A stretch of 64,000 nucleotides of DNA from an uncultured Gemmatimonadales bacterium (GTDB lineage Bacteria > Gemmatimonadota > Gemmatimonadetes > Gemmatimonadales > Gemmatimonadaceae): assembly GCA_963793305.1 (NCBI GenBank), contig CAWBZV010000003.1:64001-128000 (forward strand), written 5' to 3'. Of this stretch, positions 30,635-40,695 are shown in pieces. The position numbers were made by a program, and so were the translations under genes. The first letter of the stretch is position 1, and each line of letters begins with the position of its first letter. Below the pieces are notes generated by a model. The model was not told where the DNA came from. It was given only the letters and a program-made list of their open reading frames with translations, and searched no databases.

Positions 30635-31894
30635 ATGCGACGCCTCCTGCTGCTCTTGAGTTTCGCCACGTGCGCCCAAGCGCAAGTCACCGCGGTACGA
30701 TTCGGGCGATTGATCGACGCGCACGGCGAAGTCCACCGCGACGCGGTCGTCGTCATCGAGCACGATCGCATCACGAAAGTGGGAACTGGCGACGCCGCCG
30801 TGCCAGCGGGGGCCACGGTCATTGACCTGAGCCGGTACACCGGCCTGCCTGGTCTCATCAACGTCCACACGCACATGACGTTCTGGTGGGACCCGAACCT
30901 CGGCACGCATCCGTGGGCGCAACAGGGCACGCTCGGTCCACAAGTCACCGTGTTCATGGCGCAGGAGAACGCGCGAAAGACGCTGGAGACCGGCGTGACG
31001 ACGGTTCGCGACCTCGGCTCGTCTGATTATGACGACATCGCGATGCGCGATCTCATCAATCGGGGTGCGATGGTTGGCCCGCGCATGTTCGTCGCGGGAT
31101 ACGGGCTGCACGTCAATGGCTCACCGATCCGCCCGGGAGTCGCGTCGACACCAGATCCCGGCACCGCCGATGGCGTAGCCGAAGTCCAGCGGGTCGCCCG
31201 CCAACAACTCGCCGCTGGCGCCGACTGGATCAAGGTCTACGGATCGACCGGTAGCGATCGCGACACGTCGGGCTACGAGACGTTCACCTACGAGGAGATG
31301 AAAGCGGCGGCCGATGTCGCGCACTTCGCGGGGAAGCGGATCGCGATACACTCGTATGGGCCGGCCGGCGCGAAGGCCGCGGTGAGGGCTGGCGCCGAGT
31401 CGGTGGAGCACGCGATCGACATGGACGACTCGACGTTGGCCGAGATGGTGCGGCGCGGCACGGTATACGTGCCGACGGTCGATCACAATCGGTACTACAT
31501 CGCCCATCGCGCCGAATACGGCTACAGCGAGACCGACTCGACCGCGCTCACCGAGTACATGCGCCGCAATATCGCGACATTGCGACGCGCGATCCGTGCG
31601 CACGTCAAGATCGCGATGGGTTCGGACGCCGTGTTCACCGGGTTTGGCGAGAACACGCGCGAGCTCGATCAGTTTGTCGCGGCGGGCATGACGCCGTTGC
31701 AAGCGATCGCGACGGCGACCACCACGGCGGCATCATTGCTCGGCATGGACCAGGAATTGGGCGCGGTTGCCCCGGGCTACTATGCCGATATGATCGCGGT
31801 GGAGGGTGATCCGGTCTCCGACATCACGGCCGTCACACACCATGTGAGGTGGGTCATGAAAGCTGGCCACGTCGTCGTGGACAAGCGCCAATGA
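30635..31894 (+). CDS. secreted metal-dependent amidohydrolase
   Basis: LPGLINVHTH, GVTTVRDLG, DWIK, SVEH, MGSDA. Confidence 0.9.
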   Translation: MRRLLLLLSFATCAQAQVTAVRFGRLIDAHGEVHRDAVVVIEHDRITKVGTGDAAVPAGATVIDLSRYTGLPGLINVHTHMTFWWDPNLGTHPWAQQGTLGPQVTVFMAQENARKTLETGVTTVRDLGSSDYDDIAMRDLINRGAMVGPRMFVAGYGLHVNGSPIRPGVASTPDPGTADGVAEVQRVARQQLAAGADWIKVYGSTGSDRDTSGYETFTYEEMKAAADVAHFAGKRIAIHSYGPAGAKAAVRAGAESVEHAIDMDDSTLAEMVRRGTVYVPTVDHNRYYIAHRAEYGYSETDSTALTEYMRRNIATLRRAIRAHVKIAMGSDAVFTGFGENTRELDQFVAAGMTPLQAIATATTTAASLLGMDQELGAVAPGYYADMIAVEGDPVSDITAVTHHVRWVMKAGHVVVDKRQ

Positions 31895-32818
31895 TACACG
31901 TCGCGCTTTTCTTGGCGCTGGTCCAGATGCAGGTCCCGGCGTGGGCGTTCCCCGTTAGCCCAGGCCCAGGCGGTCCGCCCGGCGTCGTCGACACGGTCAC
32001 GCCGCTGCACATACCCGGCAGCCACGCGGCGTTCACACAAGCGCAGGCCAACTACCCGTTCTTCGTGATGGACTGGTTTCCCGATGCCCATCCGCCGATG
32101 CCGGAACGTCGTCGCGCGAGGCCGGAAGCCGTCCGTTCTCGCCTGCGGCTACTGCCACCTGGCCGACGGCGCCGGGCGACCCGAGAACGCGATGGTCGCC
32201 GGATTGTCGGCCGACTATATCATGGCTCAGGTGGCAGATATGAAATCGGGCGCGCGAAAGAGCGCGTTAGGCGGCACGGATATCAACACGGTGCCGGCCG
32301 CGCGCATGGCGGACATTGCCCGCGCCGCGACGCCCGACGAAGTCGCACGGGCCGCGCGCTATTTCGCGACGCTCAAGCCGCGCCAGCGTGGACGAGTCGT
32401 CGAGGCCACCGAGATCCCGAAAACCATCATCGGCCGCGGTCTCTTCTTCCGTGCGCCTGACGGCGGAGTGGAGCCGCTCGGACAGCGACTGATCGAAATC
32501 CCCGAGGACGCCGAGCGGCACGAACGACATGATCCGTATGTCGCTTACACGACCTACGTGCCCCGCGGCAGCATCGCTCATGGACAGACGCTCGCGGGGA
32601 CGGTCTGTTCGAGTTGCCATGGCCCGGAGCTCCGCGGCGTCGCGCCGGTGCCAGCGATCGCGGGCCGGTCGCCATCCTACATTCTGCGACAGCTGCTGGC
32701 CTTCAACGCGGGCACGCGGTCGTCAGCCGCTGGCGCGCCGATGCGAGCGATCGCGACGACGCTCAGCCTGGACGACATGATCGCGGCCGCCGCCTACGCG
32801 GGCACGCTCGCGCCGTGA
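31891..32818 (+). CDS. diheme c-type cytochrome (c4-like), frameshift near 32106
   Basis: N-terminal half WAFP...DWFPDAHPPMP in one frame; CGYCH and CSSCH heme motifs in the next. Confidence 0.85.
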
Positions 32819-33510
32819 AAGAAGCGAGTAAGACCAACCGGGTTCGCGACGATGCGTTTCGGGCGCGCTACTTCGCGGGTACCGTGCTCGATATCGGCTC
32901 GGGACCGGATCCGGTCGTGCCGCACGCGCAGCCGTTCGACCGCGAGCACGGCGATGCCAACGAGATTGCGCGATATCTCGCGGGGGCCGAGTTCGACTGC
33001 GTGCACAGCTCCCATTGTCTCGAGCACATGAACGACCCGAGACAGGCGGTGGCGCAGTGGTGGAGTCTCGTCCGGCCCGGCGGGCATCTCATCGTCATCG
33101 TGCCCGATGAAGCGCTCTACGAGCAGGGGTTCTGGCCGTCGCAGTTCAACGTCGAGCACACGGCCACGTTTCGGATCGAAGGACCGCCGCGCTCACCGGT
33201 CTCGCACGATCTTCGCTCGTTACTCCTCTCGCTTCCGGGCGCCGAGTTAGTGGATATCTTCCGCCAGGATGACGGCTACGATCATCGCTTGCGCTGGTCG
33301 GGGCCGCCGGCGTTGGGCCGGGCGCTGTTGTGGGTCGACAAATATCGCCGCCGTCGGTTCCGCCATCACCAGGGCGATGGGCTGACGCGCGCCTGGACCG
33401 ATGTCGCGCGGTGGCTGCACACGCCCGTCGATCAGACGCGGAACAATGCGCTGGCGCAGATTCAAGCCATTGTTCACAAAGCGAGCGAGAGGGCTGCCGA
33501 GAGGAGATAA
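32815..33510 (+). CDS. class I SAM-dependent methyltransferase
   Basis: VLDIGSG, FDCVHSSHCLEH, LVRPGGHL. Confidence 0.85.
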   Translation: MKEASKTNRVRDDAFRARYFAGTVLDIGSGPDPVVPHAQPFDREHGDANEIARYLAGAEFDCVHSSHCLEHMNDPRQAVAQWWSLVRPGGHLIVIVPDEALYEQGFWPSQFNVEHTATFRIEGPPRSPVSHDLRSLLLSLPGAELVDIFRQDDGYDHRLRWSGPPALGRALLWVDKYRRRRFRHHQGDGLTRAWTDVARWLHTPVDQTRNNALAQIQAIVHKASERAAERR

Positions 33511-34676
33511 AGAACGCCGGCGACCGCCAAACCGCGTTGCTGCATCACGCCGGTGATGTACGGTCCCGCGAATCCGCCGATGTTCGACACTGACGCAATG
33601 ACCGCAATGGCGGCGGCCGCCGCGTAGCCGGACAGGAACGCACCGGGCATGGTGAAGAAGATCGGCAAGAAGCTGTACGCTCCGATCGCGACGAGAGAGA
33701 AGAGGGCCAGTGTCTCGCCGGCCGAACGTGGCGCGCCGAGCAGCACCAACGCCAGGCCGCCGAGCGCGATCGACAGGGCCATGTGATAGCGGCGCTCGAG
33801 CGTGCGGTCGGAGTGCCGGCAGACGGCGATCATCACGCCGAGGCCCAGCACATTGGGCACAGTCACCAGGAAACCAATCGCCGTATTCGAGACTCCGGTG
33901 AATGTAGATTTGAAGATCTGTGGGAGCCAGAAGTTGAACGTGTACTGACCGAAGGCGTGGCAAAAACCCATGATGCTGAGCTGCGACACGCGGAGAATCG
34001 AGACCAGCGTTGGTGTCGCAGCAGCAACTTTCGCCCGGTCTTCTTGTTGAACCGCGTCTATGATCGTCCGCTGTTGCTCGGCGGTCAGAAACGCGGCATC
34101 CGCGGGACGGCTCGGGAGGAACTTGCTGGTCAGAAACGCGCCGATGATCGCGGGAAATCCTTCCAGCACAAAAAGCCATCGCCAGCTACTGAGCCCGAGC
34201 CAGTGCACATGATCCAGAATCATCCCTGACACCGGCGCCCCGAGGATGCTCGCCAGCGGGATGCCCATGAGGATGATCGCCGTCGCCCGTGCTTTCTCTC
34301 GTTGCCGAAACCAATACCCGAGATAGTGCACGATGCCGGGGAAATAGCCGGCTTCGGCGAGTCCGAGCGCAAACCGCGCCCAGTAGAGTTGCGATGCGGA
34401 TTGCACGAACCCGGTCAGCGTGGCGATCACGCCCCACGTGAGCAGGATTCTCGCCATCCACACCCGCGCGCCGATCTTGTGCAGGATGAGGTTACTGGGA
34501 ACCTCGAACAGAAAATATCCGAGGAAGAAAATCCCGGCCGCGAACCCGAACTGTTGCTTGGTGAGCCCCAACTCGGCGTTCATCGTGAGCGCCGCGAATC
34601 CGAGATTGATGCGGTCGATGAACGCGACGACGTAGAGCGTGAGGAGGAAGGGCAGCAGCTTCCTCTGGAGATTCAA
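33474..34676 (-). CDS. MFS transporter (ACS/tartrate-like)
   Basis: FIDRINLGFA, FEVPSN, AEAGYFPG, WRWLFVLEG. Confidence 0.92.
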   Translation of the reverse strand: MNLQRKLLPFLLTLYVVAFIDRINLGFAALTMNAELGLTKQQFGFAAGIFFLGYFLFEVPSNLILHKIGARVWMARILLTWGVIATLTGFVQSASQLYWARFALGLAEAGYFPGIVHYLGYWFRQREKARATAIILMGIPLASILGAPVSGMILDHVHWLGLSSWRWLFVLEGFPAIIGAFLTSKFLPSRPADAAFLTAEQQRTIIDAVQQEDRAKVAAATPTLVSILRVSQLSIMGFCHAFGQYTFNFWLPQIFKSTFTGVSNTAIGFLVTVPNVLGLGVMIAVCRHSDRTLERRYHMALSIALGGLALVLLGAPRSAGETLALFSLVAIGAYSFLPIFFTMPGAFLSGYAAAAAIAVIASVSNIGGFAGPYITGVMQQRGLAVAGVLYLLSAALSLAL

Positions 34677-34735
34677 TGGAGAATCCCGCCAAGCGCAACG
34701 GCCATGAGCGCGAGTCTCATGGCCGTCACCATAGC

Positions 34736-35230
34736 TCAGTTACCGGTGAACGGGCGATCGTCTTCGACCGCGTCGATGATCGGGCCTTCATCGAGCGGCT
34801 CGAACGCCGCCGTCACGGCGATTGCCTCAGCGTCCGTGGGAACCCGCCGCGGCTCCTTGCCGATCCGCGAACGCCGCGCGTCCGCGATGCCGTCCGCGGG
34901 CAGGCGATGGATCGTGACGACGTCGTCGGCATCGTCCAAGTGGGCCACGCTGATCGGGACGAGCAACCACTCCTCGTCATCCCCGCTCCGAAACTCGCGA
35001 GCGACTTTCATCTCCAGATACTTCACGACCAGGTTGTCGGTATCCACGACCAGGTCGTCGACCTTCCCCACGGTCTGGCCGTCGCGAAGCTTGACCGTCC
35101 ATCCGCGGATGTCCGGAGCCGGGTCCTCGATCTGGTAATCCGTGAGTGCGCTCAAGTGGGCGAGCTCGCCGGGTTCGACGCTCGCGTCGTCGTCTTTGGG
35201 AAAGAGGCGGATCGTTTTCGGGGTGTCCAT
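34736..35230 (-). CDS. PRC-barrel domain protein
   Basis: PDIRGWTV..DGQTVGKVDDLVVD. Confidence 0.85.
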   Translation of the reverse strand: MDTPKTIRLFPKDDDASVEPGELAHLSALTDYQIEDPAPDIRGWTVKLRDGQTVGKVDDLVVDTDNLVVKYLEMKVAREFRSGDDEEWLLVPISVAHLDDADDVVTIHRLPADGIADARRSRIGKEPRRVPTDAEAIAVTAAFEPLDEGPIIDAVEDDRPFTGN

Positions 35231-35313
35231 TGGCAGCTCTCCTCGCTCGTTTTCGTTCTTCTACGCATGGACGGAAAAATAGGCCGGCGCCGATCGCGAG
35301 CGCACTCGACCAT

Positions 35314-36529
35314 TCAGGGCACGCGAATGAACCGATATTCGTTGAACCAGAACGAGGTGACGTTATCGCTGGCGCTGCCGGGATCGACGTAGAAGCTGGC
35401 GCGCTTGGCGCGGCCGTTGTCGTACGTGAGCTCGAGGCTGTAGTGCTTGACTCGGTACGTCCCCGCGCCGGGCGCGCCGTCATCGAGATCGTAGCGACCG
35501 CCGGCGAAGTTCTGGACGAAGGCTGCTTTGAATATGCCTTCGTCCTTGAACCGCCCATCAGGCAGAAAGGTGATCCCTTGCTGCGCGCCGGGCGACAACG
35601 TCTGATAGTCGTCGCGCCGAAACGTCCCGGTGAGCTTCGCGCCGTCGCCCGATTCCATCTTATGGTAGGAGTCACCGTGGATCTCGAGGCGATCGGCGTA
35701 CTCGTGGATGTCCCACGTGATCGTCGTCCGATCGGCAATGTTCGCACGGAGAAACGTGATCGTGCCGACATCTCCATTCATCTCGTAGCTGCCCCACCCG
35801 GTCACGTGGTACCGAATCTCGCTGTCCTCATCGAGATCGTCCATGCCGCGATCGGGTATGCCTTCCTGACACGGGCATCGGGAAAGAAGGTCATGTACTT
35901 AGCACCGATGTGATGCACCCCGCCCGGCCCTACCGGTAGCAGGTCCTTCTGCCCCACGGCTCGATACACGCATCGAATTTGCCGGTCGCTCTCGGCAGCG
36001 TAGCATTCGTCACAAACCCGGCTGCATCGTGCGTCGGCCCGCCACCGGAACCAAACCTCAAGCTCCGCATAAAATCCCCAAGCGCGCGTTGCCCGGCCGC
36101 ATACACGTCGCTCCGAAAATCCGTCGTCACATACGTGACGGTCTCGAATCGCGCCCCATAGATGGTGCCGACCGTCGCGACATCATACCGCTGCCCTGCA
36201 CGATCAACGAGCGACGCGGTCGTATACACGCCGTCAAATCCGCCCTCAAATCGCTAGGCTGCAACCTGTCCACCTTGCGCCACGCGCTCGCCTTGCGTGA
36301 TATGACTCCACACGCTTTGCAGCGCCGCGCGCGCATCGGCGTTCGCCCCAACGGGTGTCGCCGAGAGCACGATGTACGTGACGGCCCGTCCCGTATTGCT
36401 GGGTGACGCGAGGAACGTGCTGTCACCGTGATCGTGACGTCCCCAGCCGCCGGGTATACGGAACACGAAATCGCCGACTTGTGTCTCTTGCGCCTGCGCG
36501 AAGCCAAGCAAAAACATGAGCATTCGCAT
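35314..36529 (-). pseudogene. secreted hypothetical protein interrupted by an in-frame TAG (36254) and frameshifts (about 35860-35970)
   Basis: ORFs 36254..36529 and 35930..36229 are in frame across a TAG; later segments (KYMTFFPD, GIPDRGMDD) lie in shifted frames. Confidence 0.6.
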
Positions 36530-36578
36530 GCGAGACGAACGCCGCCGGCGGTTTCAAATTCTCACTGCAACGCCGATC

Positions 36579-36610
36579 CAGAGGCGCGGGCCGGAATCGA
36601 ACCGGCGAAT
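36579..36610 (-). repeat. att-like duplicate of the tRNA-Cys 3' end
   Basis: Identical to 38939-38970. Confidence 0.9.
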
Positions 36611-36644
36611 GGCTTTGACAAGTGTCCAGGGCGAGCGCGTAGTA

Positions 36645-36700
36645 TTGCGCACCCCGCTCAGTGTGTGTATGATAATCCACGAAATAACCGTGGATTATCA
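36645..36700 (+). promoter_or_regulatory. promoter with perfect 12-bp inverted-repeat operator
   Basis: TTGCGC-17-TATGAT; TGATAATCCACG-N7-CGTGGATTATCA at 36670-36700. Confidence 0.65.
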
Positions 36701-36711
36701 ACGATCTCATA

Positions 36712-37995
36712 GTGGCAGAGTCTAACCCCTCCCCCGATACAATCTTAGCCCGCGCGGTCGCGCCGTTATTCGATCGCGCCCTCGATGCGGTACGCGTGGT
36801 TGTCGTCACGGGCCCTCGTCAGGTTGGCAAAAGCACCTTCGTTCGCACGCATCCCCGCACCGCCGATCGCCCGTACCTGACGCTCGATGACGCAGCCACC
36901 CGCCTGCGAGCACGAGACGATCCGCGGGCGTTCGTGCGCAGCGAACGAATGCTCACCATCGATGAGATCCAGCGTGATCCCGAGTTGATTCTGGCCATCA
37001 AGACCGTCGTCGACACTCAGCGGCCGGCGATACGCGGCCAGTTCGTATTGACGGGATCGGCGAACCTGTTGCTGATGCAGCGGGTAGCGGACTCTCTTGC
37101 CGGGCGTGCCTACTATACCCGACTCTGGCCGCTGACTCGCCGCGAACAACGCGGTCTCGGCACAACTGGCATCTGGAGCACCTTTTTCGACACACCGGCC
37201 GGCGAGTGGCGCGATCGATTGCGCGCGGAGACCGACGCCACGGGAGCAATGGAGGAACCGTGGCCGGCGGCGGTCCGGCGCGGTGGTTTTCCCGAACCCG
37301 CGCACGAGATAACCGACGATGCAGCGCGCGAATTATGGGCCGACGGGTACATCACGACGTATCTCGAACGCGATTTGCGTGATCTCAGGGCGGTCGAACG
37401 GGTCGGCGACGTGCAACGGCTCATGCGGGCCGCCGCCTTGCGTGTCGGTAACCTGTTGAACCAGACCGAGCTCGCTCGGGATACGGGTATGCCGCCTACG
37501 ACCGTGCACGACTATCTCAACATTCTCGAGACATCATATCAGATCGTGCGACTCACGCCCTACACGGTGAATCGCACATCCCGTTTAATCAAGACGCCCA
37601 AACTCTATTGGAACGACGCGGCACTGGCGCTGCGGCTCGCCGGCGGTCAGCCCACAGGCGCGCATCTAGAGAACCTCGTACTGAGCGATCTCCTTGCCTG
37701 GCGAGACTCCGTGCTGCCCGGCACGACCGGTCTCCGCGCACGTCCACCGGAGGTCACCTACTGGCGCACAGCGGCCGGCCGGGAGGTCGACTTCGTGCTG
37801 GAGTGGGGCGACCACCTAGTTGCGGTCGAAGTGAAGGCCACCACCAATCCCGGAACGCGCAATGTCGCGGGCCTGGCGGCGTTCTGCGCTGAATATGGCA
37901 AGCGCGTACGGGGTGGCCTACTGCTGCACGGGGGAACCGAGACTTTCAGTCTGGGCGACCGAGTTGTTGCGACTCCCTGGTGGCGCGTACTATAG
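36712..37995 (+). CDS. AAA+ ATPase with DUF4143 / C-terminal nuclease-like domain
   Basis: GPRQVGKST, IDEIQ, LTGSA, SLAGR, GGFPE, KTPKLYWND, EVDFV..VEVK. Confidence 0.92.
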   Translation: MAESNPSPDTILARAVAPLFDRALDAVRVVVVTGPRQVGKSTFVRTHPRTADRPYLTLDDAATRLRARDDPRAFVRSERMLTIDEIQRDPELILAIKTVVDTQRPAIRGQFVLTGSANLLLMQRVADSLAGRAYYTRLWPLTRREQRGLGTTGIWSTFFDTPAGEWRDRLRAETDATGAMEEPWPAAVRRGGFPEPAHEITDDAARELWADGYITTYLERDLRDLRAVERVGDVQRLMRAAALRVGNLLNQTELARDTGMPPTTVHDYLNILETSYQIVRLTPYTVNRTSRLIKTPKLYWNDAALALRLAGGQPTGAHLENLVLSDLLAWRDSVLPGTTGLRARPPEVTYWRTAAGREVDFVLEWGDHLVAVEVKATTNPGTRNVAGLAAFCAEYGKRVRGGLLLHGGTETFSLGDRVVATPWWRVL

Positions 37996-38220
37996 CGTCG
38001 GCGGCGCGTAAGTCGCTCGCCGAGCGGGACGGAATGTAGAGCAACCAGTTTCTCGCGACGGGAGCTGCGGAAACGGTAGCCCCATTGGATGCCGAGGAAT
38101 ACCCGGCAGCTCGTGCTCCGGAGGGGAACACGGTGCACAATGTCTGGAGCTTGTGCGTTCAAAGCCCTACTGGTTACGCGTTTTCAGAGACACGAAACCA
38201 GCCTTGGTGATCGCTGACGG

Positions 38221-38865
38221 ATGTCATATTTCTGCCTGCTGGTGTCAGCAATCCTACCTTGTCGGCGGATTGAACGGGCACAAGAATTGGTTCACGATGC
38301 CTTCGCGGACACTGAAACTCAAAAAGAGAGACCATCTGACACTGCGCAGCTCGGCGCTGCGGGTGAGTACTATGTCATGTCACAGCTGTTACGCCGAGGA
38401 TTCATTGCCGCGCTCGCGCCACGAGGAGTACCTGATGCAGACATCATCGTATCCAATCAAGCGGGAGACCAGCTTTTCTCGATACAGGTCAAGACTCGGC
38501 GAGATATAGGAGCCGATGGCGGCTGGCACATGAAGAAGAAACACGAGGACATCCGCCGCGACCGGTTATTTTATTGCTTCGTCGATTTCGGAAAATCATT
38601 GAGTGATCCGGCGAGCGTTCATATTGTGCCGAGTGCCGCAGTCGCCACCGTACTGGCGGAGTCGCATCAGCAATGGCTGAACAGTCCCGGTAAACGCGGC
38701 CACGTTAGAAAAGATGGCGTAATGCGTCGTTTCCGACCGAGCTACGGTAACCTGTTTGGCGCTAGTGACACACGCTATCAGCGCGGTTGGCTGGACCAAT
38801 ACCGAGATGCGTGGTCTTTACTATCAGGAACGAGTCCTGTTATCAGCGGGGCTCGCCGGTCCTAG
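38221..38865 (+). CDS. PD-(D/E)xK-like nuclease (start uncertain)
   Basis: GAAGEYYVMSQLLRRG...PDADIIV...IQVKT motif pattern. Confidence 0.7.
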   Translation: MSYFCLLVSAILPCRRIERAQELVHDAFADTETQKERPSDTAQLGAAGEYYVMSQLLRRGFIAALAPRGVPDADIIVSNQAGDQLFSIQVKTRRDIGADGGWHMKKKHEDIRRDRLFYCFVDFGKSLSDPASVHIVPSAAVATVLAESHQQWLNSPGKRGHVRKDGVMRRFRPSYGNLFGASDTRYQRGWLDQYRDAWSLLSGTSPVISGARRS

Positions 38866-38941
38866 GCTAGACAATAGGCACTGGGACCCGCTATGAGAAA
38901 AAAGGGAGCGCGGTCGCGGCGCTATCATCTGTCCCCTTCAG

Positions 38942-39013
38942 AGGCGCGGGCCGGAATCGAACCGGCGAATAGCGGTTTTGCAGACCGCTGCCTTACCACT
39001 TGGCTACCGCGCC
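38942..39013 (-). tRNA. tRNA-Cys(GCA)
   Basis: Reverse complement GGCGCGGTAGCCAAGTGGTAAGGCAGCGGTCTGCAAAACCGCTATTCGCCGGTTCGATTCCGGCCCGCGCCT folds as a cloverleaf with GCA anticodon and U73. Confidence 0.97.
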
Positions 39014-39085
39014 AGAAACAGCCCGTAAGCTATTCTTGCTGACGACTTGAACAAGTCGGCCGGGACCGGCGTGAGACGCGTGCGA

Positions 39086-39944
39086 TCAGCCGCCGAACAC
39101 GACGGGGATCACGATCAGGAATTTCACCGGGCATCCGCCGAGAGAGGCCGGCGACATTCGCATGTCGGCGAGCGCCGCTCGTGTAGGACCTAGCATGTCC
39201 GCCTGCTTGGCGTTGACCTCAACGCTCGCCGCGCGCCCCTCCTCGTCGATCACGACCCACGCGTCGACCGTACCCCGATAGCCGCGCGGCGTGCCCGGGC
39301 GGATCAGCTTGGGCGGCGGCAGCTGCCGGCCAGACCGGCACGGTGAGCGAATCCAAGTTGACCGTGTGCGGGCCATGGTGCTTGCTGAGCACGACCTTGA
39401 GGCTATCCGGCATCGGATGCGCCGCATCGTACGTATGCCCGTCCGGCGTGGTGAGCTTACCACCCATGGCCGGCGGCGACGTGTGCGTGTTGAGGCTCAC
39501 GAGCATCGTGAGCTTGACCTAGCGGCCGAGCATCTGCGGCGGCACCGCGGCGAGTGCGTTGGTGAACGCGGAGTCCAGACCGCGCGAGAGCGTCGACTGC
39601 TCGACCTTGATGCTTCCGACCTTCCCATCTTTCTCGATCGTGAACGCGAAGTTGCCGTGGACGTACGGGATCGACAGCCCTGGCGTTATCATCCACGCAG
39701 GAATCGAGACAGGACTCGGCAACCTGAGCACCGCTTTGATGGCCGCGCCGAGAGAGTCAGCCGCGTCGGTGGTGAGACTGTCACCAGCGTTGGGCGTCGT
39801 GAACCGCGCGTTGATCGCGCCCAGCTGGGAGTCAGCCGCCGGCGGCGCACCGTGGCAATCCTGCGCGGATGCCTGAGCGCCGGCGAGTGTACCGCACACG
39901 ATAATTGAGGCGGCAACTTTCCGTGGGCCACGTAGTGCGCTCAC
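39086..39944 (-). CDS. secreted TonB C-terminal-like protein, interrupted by an in-frame TAG (39519) and a frameshift (about 39320)
   Basis: ORFs 39519..39944 and 39219..39506 are in frame; end GTVDAWVVIDEEGRA...SPASLGGCPVKFLIVIPVVF. Confidence 0.55.
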
Positions 39945-40614
39945 CGCTATTCACCTCGTCCTGCCCGATGGTCAGGCTTACACCGTTTACCGTCACCTGC
40001 ATACTCACCGAATCGGTGGAGTCAAACACCGCGAATCGCAGCGCCATAGTCGCTTGGATCTGCATCAACTGACACGGATCGCCACTGTACTTGGTGACAT
40101 TGGAGCCAACCAAACCGGGGATCAAGTTGCAGGCGCCGCCCAGCTGCTTTGTGCTCGCTGTCACCGGCCCCGATCCCGGCCACGGTAACGCGTTTCCGCC
40201 ACCCACGGACAGATAGCCCGTTGTCAGATCCGGGGGCGGAGGGAATCCGTCCGATTGCTCGGCGACCACCATTGTATTGAAGCTCGCATCGGGCGACGCG
40301 ACGACGAAATAGATGTCCGTTCTGTTGCCCAGCGTGTCCTGACCCACGAGGTCCGCGCCGAACGCAATCCACGATTGCGGCTTGCCGTTGTACGTGACGC
40401 TGACCGCGACCGGTGTCGCACCGAATGCAGGGCCGAGCTCCGCAAATCGAAGCACGTCGTACCCCTCGGTGTTCTGCTCCGCCAGCGCCTCTGCGTAGAG
40501 GCTGTCGAGCCGGCGTGCGACCGCAGCAGCAGATGGCAAAGGCCGAGGAGCGGTCGCATCGTGACTGCACGCCGCGATGAACATGCCTAGCATCGGCAGG
40601 CAGCAGTTTGCGCG
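39832..40614 (-). CDS. hypothetical lipoprotein
   Basis: MFIAAC lipobox followed by SHDATAP. Confidence 0.6.
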   Translation of the reverse strand, partial: RANCCLPMLGMFIAACSHDATAPRPLPSAAAVARRLDSLYAEALAEQNTEGYDVLRFAELGPAFGATPVAVSVTYNGKPQSWIAFGADLVGQDTLGNRTDIYFVVASPDASFNTMVVAEQSDGFPPPPDLTTGYLSVGGGNALPWPGSGPVTASTKQLGGACNLIPGLVGSNVTKYSGDPCQLMQIQATMALRFAVFDSTDSVSMQVTVNGVSLTIGQDEVNSGERTTWPTESCRLNYRVRYTRRRSGIRAGLPRCAAGG

Positions 40615-40695
40615 CATAAGAGGCCGTAAGTTATTTCTGCGGCGACACTTGAACAAGTAACGTTGCTGAGCGCCACGCGCGCGCGTCTCCTCACG

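Larger units (their letters stand above)
36579..38970. mobile_element. small genomic islet integrated at the tRNA-Cys 3' end
   Basis: 32-bp direct repeat CAGAGGCGCGGGCCGGAATCGAACCGGCGAAT at 36579-36610 and 38939-38970; no integrase inside. Confidence 0.75.

Noticed and set aside
36579..36620. Second tRNA gene
   Set aside because: Only the T-arm and acceptor 3' half are present, so it is an att-like fragment
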